Positions 21,592 through 30,453 of a DNA stretch of 64,000 nucleotides are shown here, piece after piece (positions within the stretch are counted from its first letter, which is position 1; every line of letters starts with the position of its first letter). Location: the NCBI GenBank assembly GCA_050250895.1, contig JBFWNU010000001.1, positions 1,576,008 to 1,640,007 on the forward strand, read 5' to 3'. The notes below the pieces were generated by a model. That model searched no databases. It saw only the letters and a list, made by a program, of their open reading frames with translations, and was not told the DNA's origin. This stretch comes from Vulcanimicrobiota bacterium. Lineage in GTDB: Bacteria > Vulcanimicrobiota > Xenobia > Xenobiales > JADMJV01. The translations under genes and the position numbers were made by a program.

Positions 21592-22923
21592 GTGTCGCAA
21601 CAGCTATCGTTCTTTGACGCCGACGAGCCGTCAACGGGTGCGCGAGCCCCGCTGGCGGCTCGTATGCGTCCCCGCACTCTAGACGAATACCTCGGTCAAG
21701 AGTCGGTAGTCGGTCCCGGTCGCTTGTTACGACGGGCCATCGCCGAGGACCGACTATTCTCGTCGATTCTCTTGTGGGGACCACCGGGAACGGGCAAGAC
21801 CACCCTGGCCAACCTGATCGCGGCCGCCACCGAATCGCACTTCGTCACTCTCTCGGCGGTGATGGACGGGGTCAAAGAGCTGCGCAAAGTGGTGGCCGAG
21901 GCCAAAGAGCGCGGGCGCACCGGTCAGCGCACCCTACTTTTGGTCGACGAGATTCATCGTTTCAACAAGGCCCAGCAAGACGCGCTCTTGCCCCATGTCG
22001 AGGACGGCACGGTCTTGCTTATCGGGGCCACCACCGAGAATCCGTTCTTCGAGGTCAATCAGGCGTTGCTCAGTCGCAGCCGGCTCTTTCGACTCGAGCC
22101 GCTGGGCTCGGAACAGTTGGCCGAGCTATTGCGGCGCGCTCTGGCCGATGAAGAGCGTGGCTATGGTAAGCTAGACATTGCCGTGACTCCCGAGGCCCTG
22201 GCCCATCTGGCCGAGGTGGCGGGGGGCGATGCCCGGGCTGCCCTCAACGCTCTCGAGTTGGCGGTCGAGTCGGCTGGCTACTCTGAGTCCGGCGGCCTGC
22301 AGATCGATCTGGAGTTAGCTCAGGAAGCGGTTCAGAAGCGTCGCATTCGCTACGATAAAGGCGGCGACCAGCACTATGACGTCATCTCGGCGTTTATCAA
22401 GTCCATCCGTGGGTCTGACCCCGACGCCGCCTTCTTCTGGCTGGCCAAGATGATCAAGGCCGGCGAAGACCCCAAGTTCGTCATGCGCCGGCTGCTGATT
22501 CTGGCGGCCGAGGATATCGGTCTGGCGGATCCCAGCGCCATCACGGTGGTGGCCTCCTGCGCCCGGGCCCTGGAGTGGGTGGGGCTGCCCGAAGCCAAGT
22601 ATCACCTGGCCCTGGCCACCAGCTACCTGGCCACCGCTCCCAAGTCCAACAGTTTGATGGGCTACTTCGAGGCCGAGGCCGCGCTCGAGCGCATCCAGGA
22701 TGACTCGGTTCCCGCTCATCTGCGCGACGCTCACTATCGGGGCGCCAAAAAGCTCGGGCACGGCCAGGGCTACCGCTATCCCCACGACTTTCCGAAGGGC
22801 TACGTCGAGCAGCAGTACTTGCCCGACGAGTTGGTCGGAAGGCGTTTCTATAAGCCTGCCGGACGGGGTTACGAGCAGGTAATATCGAAGCGCATGGCGC
22901 ACCTCGAAGGACAAGAAAGGTAG
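21592..22923 (+). CDS. rarA: Replication-associated recombination protein A (RarA/MgsA)
   Basis: [49 protein letters not shown]. Confidence 0.96.
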   Translation: MSQQLSFFDADEPSTGARAPLAARMRPRTLDEYLGQESVVGPGRLLRRAIAEDRLFSSILLWGPPGTGKTTLANLIAAATESHFVTLSAVMDGVKELRKVVAEAKERGRTGQRTLLLVDEIHRFNKAQQDALLPHVEDGTVLLIGATTENPFFEVNQALLSRSRLFRLEPLGSEQLAELLRRALADEERGYGKLDIAVTPEALAHLAEVAGGDARAALNALELAVESAGYSESGGLQIDLELAQEAVQKRRIRYDKGGDQHYDVISAFIKSIRGSDPDAAFFWLAKMIKAGEDPKFVMRRLLILAAEDIGLADPSAITVVASCARALEWVGLPEAKYHLALATSYLATAPKSNSLMGYFEAEAALERIQDDSVPAHLRDAHYRGAKKLGHGQGYRYPHDFPKGYVEQQYLPDELVGRRFYKPAGRGYEQVISKRMAHLEGQER

Positions 22924-22962
22924 GAGGTCACTATCAACTATAGTGAGGCGAAAGTAGATTCC

Positions 22963-23316
22963 ATGCGCTGGGGGATCGACAAGGTCCGCGCCGGCGAGTG
23001 GAACATGGACATCTACGCGAGCTACCTCAGGGCCTGTCATCGAATCGTCACGCGCGAAGCCGAAGAACTCAAGCGGATTTATACGCGCAGCAGCAAGTTC
23101 AAGCGTGACGAGGCCGCACTGGTGGCTGGAATCGAAGAGGCCATGTCGATGTTCATGGAGGGTATCGAGACCTTCTACGCCTATACGCAAGAGGGCGACG
23201 AGTCGCTCCTGGATGTGGGCCTCGATCTTTACAAACAGGCCAATCGCAAGTTCTATAAGCTTTACCTTTACGTGGAAGACAGCCTCGAAGAGTTCGAGGT
23301 CAAGTTCGACATGTGA
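22963..23316 (+). CDS. Hypothetical all-helical protein (possible ATC start at 22933)
   Basis: Host-like codon usage; overlaps the MATE start; AGGAGGT at 22922-22928. Confidence 0.75.
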   Translation: MRWGIDKVRAGEWNMDIYASYLRACHRIVTREAEELKRIYTRSSKFKRDEAALVAGIEEAMSMFMEGIETFYAYTQEGDESLLDVGLDLYKQANRKFYKLYLYVEDSLEEFEVKFDM

Positions 23317-24683
23317 GTTCCCTTCTCACCGAGCCGCCCCGCCGGGCGCTCAACCGTCTGGCCGCGCCCCTGGTGCTGGCCATGGCTCTCGAGACAGCCT
23401 TCAATCTGGTGGATGGCCTCTGGGTAGGCCGGGCCGGCACCGACGCCTTCGCCGCCCTGAATCTCAGTAGTTTCTTTGTCTGGCTTCTTTATGCTTTGAT
23501 CGGAGTGGTCAGCACCGGAACCAATGCTCTGGTCGCTCAAGAACTGGGGGCAGGCCGCCCCGAGGGAGCGGCCCGGGTGGCTCAGCACGGGTTGCGGGCT
23601 GGCCTCGTCCTGGGCTTTCTGGTGGGGCTGCCGGTGGCCCATTATAGCCGCACCATCGCGGGCATGCTGGCCGGCTCCAACGAGGCGGTTCGGCTGGCCG
23701 CCGACCTGGGAGCAGTCTATCTCGGCTGTATCTTCTTACTGGCCCCGGTTCACTGTCTCAATGAGACCATCGCTTCGGTCTTGCGGGCCTATGGGGATAC
23801 ACGCACCCCGACCAAGGTCTATGCGGTCGGCTTCTTGCTGAACTTCGCTCTGGACCCGCTCCTGATCTTTGGGGTTGGTCCGTTCCCTCGTTGGGGCGTG
23901 TTGGGTGCAGCCGTGGCCACCAACTTCTCCTTTTTGGTGGTGGCACTGATCTTTCTCGAACGGCTAGGCCGAGGGCGCCTGGCCTTCAACCTGCCCACCG
24001 GGCGACAGTCCACCGACTGGAGGATCTATCGCAAGCTGATCGGCATCGGTCTGCCTCCGTCGGTATCCAACGTGGTCTTCTGCCTGGTATACATGGCCGT
24101 CAGCCCGGCTGTCGGTGGCTACGGGCCGCAAGCTCTGGCCGCCCTCGGGATCGGCCATCGCGTTCTGTCGTTGAGCTATCTGCTGTGCTACGGTTACTCG
24201 CTGGCTACCATTACCCTGGTGGGGCACAACGCCGGGGCCGGTCAGGTGGAGCGAGCCAGCCAGTGCACCTGGGAGGGGGTCAAGATGGTGCTTTCCAGGG
24301 TCGGGCCGGTAGCCCTGTGCTATCTGCTCTTTGCTCGTTCTCTGGCCAGCTGTTTTAGCACCGATCCTGAAGTCATCGCCATCGCCTCGAGCTATCTGAG
24401 GATCATTAGCTTTAGCCAGGTGCTGCTGGGGGTTTCCATGGTGATCGAAGGGGCCTTCGCCGGCTTCGGGCGGACCGTACCTCCCACCACGGTCTCGATC
24501 CTGACCACCATAGCGCGCGTGCCGGGCGTGCATTTGGTGGGCAACTGGCTCAAGACCTCGATTCGAGGACTGTGGTGGGTCTTTGCCGTTCTGACCACTT
24601 TGCGAGGGCTCGGAATGCTGGCGTTGTTTCACTATTTCTCTCGGGAGCTTGCCAGGGCTAGCAAGAATGTTAACGGCTCTTGA
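23313..24683 (+). CDS. MATE family efflux transporter
   Basis: About 12 TM helices; FNLVDGLWVG, GDTRTP, LNFALDPLLIFG. Confidence 0.92.
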   Translation: MSSLLTEPPRRALNRLAAPLVLAMALETAFNLVDGLWVGRAGTDAFAALNLSSFFVWLLYALIGVVSTGTNALVAQELGAGRPEGAARVAQHGLRAGLVLGFLVGLPVAHYSRTIAGMLAGSNEAVRLAADLGAVYLGCIFLLAPVHCLNETIASVLRAYGDTRTPTKVYAVGFLLNFALDPLLIFGVGPFPRWGVLGAAVATNFSFLVVALIFLERLGRGRLAFNLPTGRQSTDWRIYRKLIGIGLPPSVSNVVFCLVYMAVSPAVGGYGPQALAALGIGHRVLSLSYLLCYGYSLATITLVGHNAGAGQVERASQCTWEGVKMVLSRVGPVALCYLLFARSLASCFSTDPEVIAIASSYLRIISFSQVLLGVSMVIEGAFAGFGRTVPPTTVSILTTIARVPGVHLVGNWLKTSIRGLWWVFAVLTTLRGLGMLALFHYFSRELARASKNVNGS

Positions 24684-24690
24684 AGGGGTC

Positions 24691-24755
24691 GGTAACATCG
24701 GTTACAATCTGTTTACATTCCGAGAGTACGGACGCACCCCGGTCCCGGCTATGAT
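24691..24755 (+). promoter_or_regulatory. Triple GTTACA-like repeat plus -10 TATGAT promoter of the 99-aa gene
   Basis: GGTAACATCG GTTACAATCT GTTTACA (24691-24717); TATGAT at 24750-24755. Confidence 0.55.
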
Positions 24756-24803
24756 AAGTGCAAATCAGCAGATGTCAGAGCGACATCATCAAGGAGGAAT
24801 ATT

Positions 24804-25103
24804 ATGGGTGGTGCTATCCCAGGCGTCGGCGGCGGCGGTGGCGGCGGCGGCGGTCAAGCAGGCGGAGCGGGCGGAGCAGCCAATGCGATGTCCCAACAGC
24901 AGATGCAACAGTCTGACCAGCAACAGGCCGAAACCATCAAGACTCAGATGATGGCTGACGCGCAGAAGCAGCAAATGCAGCGCTGGAAGATCATGCAAGA
25001 CCTTCAGACCAAGAAATTCGAGATTTTCCAAGACGTCACGACCAACAAGATGAAAACCGGCGACAAAGGTGCCAACGCCTTCGATTCCTACATCCGGTCG
25101 TAG
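24804..25103 (+). CDS. Small Gly/Gln-rich helical protein, monocistronic; possible secreted filament subunit
   Basis: SD AAGGAGG, own promoter and terminator; poly-Gly N-terminus and amphipathic helical C-terminus. Confidence 0.85.
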   Translation: MGGAIPGVGGGGGGGGGQAGGAGGAANAMSQQQMQQSDQQQAETIKTQMMADAQKQQMQRWKIMQDLQTKKFEIFQDVTTNKMKTGDKGANAFDSYIRS

Positions 25104-25120
25104 TCACACAACACTCCCTT

Positions 25121-25150
25121 GAAAAGAGGACCCCCGGGGTCCTCTTTTTC
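25121..25150 (+). terminator. Intrinsic (probably bidirectional) terminator
   Basis: GAAAAGAGGACCC-CCG-GGGTCCTCTTTTTC-type hairpin with A and T tracts. Confidence 0.85.
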
Positions 25151-25172
25151 TTTGTCCCGCAGGAATACGTTC

Positions 25173-25201
25173 TTGACAGGCCTTTGGGCTTGTATTATTA
25201 T
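25173..25201 (+). promoter_or_regulatory. Sigma70 promoter of rplM-rpsI
   Basis: TTGACA-17 nt-TATTAT. Confidence 0.8.
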
Positions 25202-25266
25202 ACCGAGACTCCTGCCCCACCGGGCAGTTGCTGTTTATGCTGCTCCCCGAGAGCACTGGAGGAAAG

Positions 25267-25701
25267 ATGAAGACGTTTCACGTCAAGCCGGACGAGCTGA
25301 ATAGAGATTGGTACGAAGTCGACGCCACGGGTAAGACCGTAGGCCGCCTGGCAACGCAGATTGCCCAGGTCTTGATCGGCAAGCACAAACCGATTTTCTC
25401 CAAGCACGTCGATGTGGGAGACTTCGTGGTCGTCACCAATGCCGACAAAGTCAATTTCACCGGCAATAAGTGGAGTCAGAAGAACTATTATCGCCACTCC
25501 GGATATCCCGGCGGTCTCAAAGTGACCAACGCCGAGACGATGCGTGATCGCCACCCTGAGCGTATTCTAGAAGCGGCCGTCAATGGAATGCTGCCGAAGA
25601 ATCGCCTGCGCGATCGACGTCTCAAGCGTCTCAAGCTCTACACCGCCGACACGCATCCGCACGGAGCGCAGCAGCCCAAGCCATTTCCGGAGTTCAAGTG
25701 A
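25267..25701 (+). CDS. rplM: 50S ribosomal protein L13
   Basis: WYEVDATGKTVGRLAT, GKHKP, GDFVVVTNA, HSGYPGG; SD GGAGG. Confidence 0.98.
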   Translation: MKTFHVKPDELNRDWYEVDATGKTVGRLATQIAQVLIGKHKPIFSKHVDVGDFVVVTNADKVNFTGNKWSQKNYYRHSGYPGGLKVTNAETMRDRHPERILEAAVNGMLPKNRLRDRRLKRLKLYTADTHPHGAQQPKPFPEFK

Positions 25702-25721
25702 AAGGGACCAGGTAAACATTA

Positions 25722-26135
25722 GTGAGTAAGCTCAACGTCACCATCGGACCGATCGTCTACTCCGCCACCGGCCGCCGCAAGCGCGCAATCGCACGTGTGC
25801 GACTGGTGCCGGGCGACGGACGCATCTTCGTCAACCAGAAGCCTTACGAAGAGCACTTCCAGCGTCAGACGCAGTTGATTCTGGTGCGGATGCCCCTCGA
25901 GGCCACCGATACGCTCAGCAAGTTCAACGTCCACGCCCGCCTCCACGGCGGTGGCATTTCGGGTCAGGCCGGCGCTCTGCGCCACGGCATCGCGCGCGCT
26001 CTGCTGCGCTTTGATGAAGAGTTGCGCCCCAACCTTCGCCGGGGCGGTTTCTTGACGCGTGACCCCCGCGAAAAAGAACGCAAGAAATATGGTCGCAAGA
26101 GAGCTCGCAAGGGTTTCCAGTGGACCAAGCGCTAA
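25722..26135 (+). CDS. rpsI: 30S ribosomal protein S9
   Basis: [44 protein letters not shown]. Confidence 0.98.
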   Translation: MSKLNVTIGPIVYSATGRRKRAIARVRLVPGDGRIFVNQKPYEEHFQRQTQLILVRMPLEATDTLSKFNVHARLHGGGISGQAGALRHGIARALLRFDEELRPNLRRGGFLTRDPREKERKKYGRKRARKGFQWTKR

Positions 26136-26154
26136 CCTCTTTACGGTTATCTTC

Positions 26155-26188
26155 GAGAAACCCCGTTCCGGCGGGGTTTTCTTCTTTT
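26155..26188 (+). terminator. Intrinsic terminator after rpsI
   Basis: GAAACCCCG-loop-CGGGGTTTT followed by CTTCTTTT. Confidence 0.8.
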
Positions 26189-26227
26189 GTCCGACCCGAC
26201 TGCCTGGCCGTTGTTACCGGGGCAGAA

Positions 26228-27640
26228 ATGGCCGAGATCGACCGCCTGACTATCGGTGACGGTCTGTCGGGACGGGTCTTGATGGAGTCGGCCGGGCGGG
26301 CGGTCGCTCGCGAAGCCGCTGGCTTCGGGGGGCGTCGGGTCTTGATACTATGTGGTCCCGGCAATAACGGCGGTGACGGATATGTGGCCGCTCGTCACCT
26401 GGATCAGCACGGCTTCGAGGTCAGACTAGCGCGCTTTGGCTCCGAACCCACCGGTCAGGACGACGCGGCGGCCAACTGGGAGTTGCTGGCTCCTTTGCGC
26501 CTTCGCTGCGACCCCTGGGAGTCGCTCGACCTGGCCGAGGTCGATCTGGTGGTCGACGCGCTCTTCGGGACCGGTCTGGCCCGACCGCTCAAAGGGGAGC
26601 TGGCCCACGGGGTCGACCGGCTTAATCGCTCGGGATTGCCGGTGCTGGCGGTGGACATTCCCTCGGGGGTCGACTCGGCTACAGGCCAGGTGTTAGGCAC
26701 CGCCATTCAGGCCCACCGAACGGTCACCTTCGGATTACCAAAGTTCGGCCTGTTGATCGGTCCGGGAGCAACTCTTGCGGGCGAGGTCGTGGTCGAAGAG
26801 ATCGGGTTTTCTCGTCGCCGACTCGAGGGCGGAGCCTGGCGGATCGGACCCGACTGGGTCAAGAATCGATTGCCGCAACGGCCACTGGATGCTCACAAGG
26901 GAACCTGTGGCCGCGCCCTGGTGGTGGCCGGCTCAGAGCGTTACCCCGGTGCGGCCGCGATGGCTAGCCTTGGCGCCTTGCGAGGGGGAGCGGGACTCGT
27001 GACGGCGGCCGTGCCCGAGGTGGTCAAGGGTTGGCTAGAGTCGAGTTTGTACGAGGCGATGTTCATACCCCGCACTTTGGATATGCCGCTCCATGGCGAC
27101 GCCCTCTGCCTCGGTCCTGGTCTTGATGATAGCGAAGAGGCGGCCGCTTTGAGCGAGTATGTGCTCGATTCGTTCTATGGGCCGATGGTCATCGATGCCG
27201 ACGGCCTGCGCCATGTGGCCGGCAAGACCCATGAGCGCCACGTGCTGACCCCCCACCCGGGAGAGATGGCTCGCCTGCTCGATTGCTCGACCGCCGAGGT
27301 CCAGGCGGACAGGGTGGCGGCTGCCCGTCAAGCTGCGCGCCAGACCGGGGCAGTGGTCGTCCTCAAAGGCGGACCTACCCTGGTGGCCTTTGCCGAAGAG
27401 CTTTACATCAACTCGTCGGGGGGTCCTTTCCTGGCTCAAGGTGGCAGCGGAGATGTTCTGGCCGGGCTAATTACCGCTCTGTTGGCGCAGGGGTCCAAGG
27501 CCCTGGAGGCGGCCGTGATGGGCGTCTATCTCCACGGACGGGCCGGCGAGTTGGCGGCCGCGTCGCGCGGACCGCGAGGTCTACCCGCCACTGCGATGGC
27601 CGAGTCGATTCCGTTGGTATACGGGGAGTTGCTCGCATAG
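26228..27640 (+). CDS. nnr: Bifunctional NAD(P)H-hydrate epimerase/dehydratase (NnrE-NnrD)
   Basis: LMESAG, GPGNNGGDG, DALFGTG, DIPSG, HKG, TPHPGEM, GSGDVLAG; true start may be a few codons upstream. Confidence 0.95.
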   Translation: MAEIDRLTIGDGLSGRVLMESAGRAVAREAAGFGGRRVLILCGPGNNGGDGYVAARHLDQHGFEVRLARFGSEPTGQDDAAANWELLAPLRLRCDPWESLDLAEVDLVVDALFGTGLARPLKGELAHGVDRLNRSGLPVLAVDIPSGVDSATGQVLGTAIQAHRTVTFGLPKFGLLIGPGATLAGEVVVEEIGFSRRRLEGGAWRIGPDWVKNRLPQRPLDAHKGTCGRALVVAGSERYPGAAAMASLGALRGGAGLVTAAVPEVVKGWLESSLYEAMFIPRTLDMPLHGDALCLGPGLDDSEEAAALSEYVLDSFYGPMVIDADGLRHVAGKTHERHVLTPHPGEMARLLDCSTAEVQADRVAAARQAARQTGAVVVLKGGPTLVAFAEELYINSSGGPFLAQGGSGDVLAGLITALLAQGSKALEAAVMGVYLHGRAGELAAASRGPRGLPATAMAESIPLVYGELLA

Positions 27641-27672
27641 GGGATTCTGGTGTTGGAACAGAACAATAGAAA

Positions 27673-28812
27673 ATGAGCACCCGTACCTCGATCCGCTTTG
27701 GCCCGATCCTCGAAGCCCTGGCGGCCGAGAAGCTGAAGAAATACCAGCCATTTCTCAACGAGGCAGTCAGCCACAGTTTGCTGTACGGGTATCGCTGCCA
27801 GTTGGCCGGGCACTACTACGGCTTCATTCTGATTCAGGCAGCTCGCACTTCGGGTCGCGTTACGGCTGAAGTGGCCGTGAGCCGGACCCCCGATTATCCT
27901 TACTATCGACTCAGTGACACGCCCCGGCTCGGCGTCTCGGGTTATCGAGAACGAGTCCTCAAGCTGACTCGCAAGGCTGACGCTTCTCTCTCTTATCGTG
28001 GACAAGAGCAACTGCTCGGAGTCTTGCTCGACCTTCTGCGGGAGTCCGAGATGGCTTTGGGGCGTCTGTCCGACCAGGTGATTCCCCTCGTCATCGAAGA
28101 CTACAAGCAGTGGCAGCCGCTCTATCGAGACTGGCTTGAAGCCGAGAAGAACGCCATCGAGGGTGACATCCGCTATCCCGAGCTGGGGGGTGAGATGGTG
28201 GCTCGCGAACTACTTGGGGATACTTTAGCCCGCGGCACCTTTGACCGCTTTCTCGGTCCCCTCAAGTTCCGCTACCGCAAGCCCGACTTCTTTCTCTGTC
28301 ATCTTTACCTGATGGCGCGAGCGCTCGAGTTTCTCGAACCACCCAAGATGGCGGCGGGCGGAGTCGAGCCCGTCGAAGAGAGCCCCGAGATCCTGCCCGA
28401 CCCCATCCCTGCTCTCACCGGGCGCCAGCCTCAAGACGAGGCTGTGGAACTGGCCGTGTCCACCTCGCTGCGGACGGCTCAGTGGGCTTTTCTCAAGTCG
28501 TTTGCAGCGGTCGAGGCGTTCTTCACCGACCAGAGCACCGCCGATCCCGCCTGGCTGCGCGAGAGCGAGGCCAAGCCCGCGGGCGCGAACTTCTCGGGGA
28601 TCATGGAAGATCCGATCTACAACAGTCCGCAGCCCGTGACCCCTCCGGTGGCGCCGGCGCCACCTCGAGCGGTCGCCCCGCCGCCCCCACCAGCCCCGAC
28701 GCCAACGGTTTCCGCGCCCCGACAGGGTGGACGCCCTGACCCGTTCGAGCGACTCTCGGATTTCGTCAAGGATGATCCTTTTGACGTCTTAGGTGAGGCG
28801 TTCGGCCTGTAG
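27673..28812 (+). CDS. Hypothetical protein with Pro-rich C-terminal tail
   Basis: 379-aa ORF in operon orientation; no recognised motif. Confidence 0.75.
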   Translation: MSTRTSIRFGPILEALAAEKLKKYQPFLNEAVSHSLLYGYRCQLAGHYYGFILIQAARTSGRVTAEVAVSRTPDYPYYRLSDTPRLGVSGYRERVLKLTRKADASLSYRGQEQLLGVLLDLLRESEMALGRLSDQVIPLVIEDYKQWQPLYRDWLEAEKNAIEGDIRYPELGGEMVARELLGDTLARGTFDRFLGPLKFRYRKPDFFLCHLYLMARALEFLEPPKMAAGGVEPVEESPEILPDPIPALTGRQPQDEAVELAVSTSLRTAQWAFLKSFAAVEAFFTDQSTADPAWLRESEAKPAGANFSGIMEDPIYNSPQPVTPPVAPAPPRAVAPPPPPAPTPTVSAPRQGGRPDPFERLSDFVKDDPFDVLGEAFGL

Positions 28813-28827
28813 AGAGTGTGCGCCTGG

Positions 28828-30036
28828 CTACAGCCAGGACATGAGAGGCGTCTCGTCGTCGACTGCGGGTTCGGGCGTAGGAATCTCTAGCTGCGAAGGC
28901 GGTAGGACTTCGATCTCCGACTCATCGACGTATTTCACGGCTTCCTCGCGGGTGACCAGTCCCACCTCGAGCATCCGCGAAAGGTGGCGGGCCAGAGTCT
29001 GCATCTGACGCGCGGCCATGTGGTGGTGGACCTCGCGCAGGTCAGCCTGGGAGATCATAGCCCGAACCTGGTCGTCGCATTCCAGGATCTCGAAGGCCGG
29101 TATCAGACCGCGACCATCGGCGCGCTGAACGAGATGTTGGCATACCAGAAGTTTCATGACTCGGCCCATCAATTGGTGCATGCGGCCGTCGCCTCCCGAG
29201 AAGGCGGCCAGCAGTTCGTCGAGAGCTCGCACGCAGCTGCTACCGTCTAGCAAGGCCAGAACGAGATGCCCACCCGCCGCAGCTTGGATGATGACCTCGG
29301 CCGTCTCGCGGTCAGGAATACCCCCCACCGCCAGAATGTCAGGATCTTGTTGGACCGCCTGGCGCACCGCCTGACTGAAGGAGCGGGTGTCGGTTCCAAG
29401 CTCGCGCTGGATCACCGTCGACTCCTGGCTGTTGTGCCAGAACTGAATCATCGGCTCGACCGTGACGATTCGGGTGCGCCGCTGGCTGTTGATATAGTTG
29501 ACCAGGGCCGCGAAGGTGTTGATCTTGCCACAGCGAGGCTTGCCCGCCAGTACCATCAAGCCGCCTTCGTTGGCGTCGAGAAAGTTCTCGACCGCCCCGC
29601 CAGAGAGCCCGAGTTCCACCAATTTCGGTATGTCGGTTCGAAGTCTTCGAATCGAGGCGGCGGGGCATCCGCGCTCGAGATAGATGTGAAATCGAAAACC
29701 GTGGCCGCCGTCAATGCGATTGAAGTCCAGCTCTTGAGCCTGAGACTGGGCGCGAATCTGCTCTTGAGTCAGGTTCGAGTTGATCAAGAACCGGCAATCG
29801 GCGGGCTTGAGTACATGATCGCCAATGGTGACCAACTCTTCACCGATGCGCAGAGTTGGAGGCGAGCCTGCGTTCAGGTGAAGGAAGGTGCCCTTGTGGT
29901 CGACCAGGACCTCGAGCAATTGGCTGAGTGAGTAGGGAGGATCGCCGTAACCAACGCCGTTGAGTTTCTCGACCGCGCGTACCAACCGGGCTGTCAGGGC
30001 AACGAGTTCTTGGGTGGGATCCCCGTTTAGAGCCAC
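28828..30036 (-). CDS. PilT/PilU-family protein with degenerate ATPase motifs
   Basis: QRELGTDTRSF, QQDPDILAVG, GHLV, MQTL; Walker A reads GKPRCGKIN and Walker B lacks the Glu. Confidence 0.85.
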   Translation of the reverse strand: MALNGDPTQELVALTARLVRAVEKLNGVGYGDPPYSLSQLLEVLVDHKGTFLHLNAGSPPTLRIGEELVTIGDHVLKPADCRFLINSNLTQEQIRAQSQAQELDFNRIDGGHGFRFHIYLERGCPAASIRRLRTDIPKLVELGLSGGAVENFLDANEGGLMVLAGKPRCGKINTFAALVNYINSQRRTRIVTVEPMIQFWHNSQESTVIQRELGTDTRSFSQAVRQAVQQDPDILAVGGIPDRETAEVIIQAAAGGHLVLALLDGSSCVRALDELLAAFSGGDGRMHQLMGRVMKLLVCQHLVQRADGRGLIPAFEILECDDQVRAMISQADLREVHHHMAARQMQTLARHLSRMLEVGLVTREEAVKYVDESEIEVLPPSQLEIPTPEPAVDDETPLMSWL

Positions 30037-30045
30037 TTTCGACTT

Positions 30046-30339
30046 CTAGCCGCCGAGCTGAGGAGTTCCCAGGGCTGCCGCCAGCGCGGCTGCCTGGGCG
30101 TCTTCCTGGCTGAGGGTGGCCTGAGGTTCATCCGACTTGTCACGGATGCGAACTTTACTTTGATAGATTTCATGAAGGGCGATGCTCACCGGCTTCTTGG
30201 CCAGCGTGTCGACGAGGATGGGGCTGCCATCGTTGATCTGACGGGCCCGCTTAAGGGTCAGGGTGACCAGCGCAAACTTGTTGCGCAGTCCTCGTTCTTT
30301 GTCGTGTAGCATGACATCCAGGTTCGGCTCTACCAGCAT
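30046..30339 (-). CDS. rpoZ: RNA polymerase omega subunit
   Basis: NKFALVTLTLKRARQI...KKPVSIALHEI. Confidence 0.92.
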   Translation of the reverse strand: MLVEPNLDVMLHDKERGLRNKFALVTLTLKRARQINDGSPILVDTLAKKPVSIALHEIYQSKVRIRDKSDEPQATLSQEDAQAAALAAALGTPQLGG

Positions 30340-30453
30340 CTGTTTAATCCTTCCAAAGGCGCCTCGCGGCGACCGTAACGCGCTAGTTACGGTGTTGATG
30401 GGATTTTTCCTTCCTCGGACCGAAGGGAAAGCGTGTTCGTTGAGAGAAATTCA

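Noticed and set aside
17332-21600. Long antisense ORFs over dnaK, dnaJ and degP (e.g. 18325-19839, 20383-21600)
   Set aside because: Shadow ORFs caused by GC-rich codon bias on the opposite strand; no motifs or SD. The same applies to 3429-4535, 48510-49760 and 60528-61928
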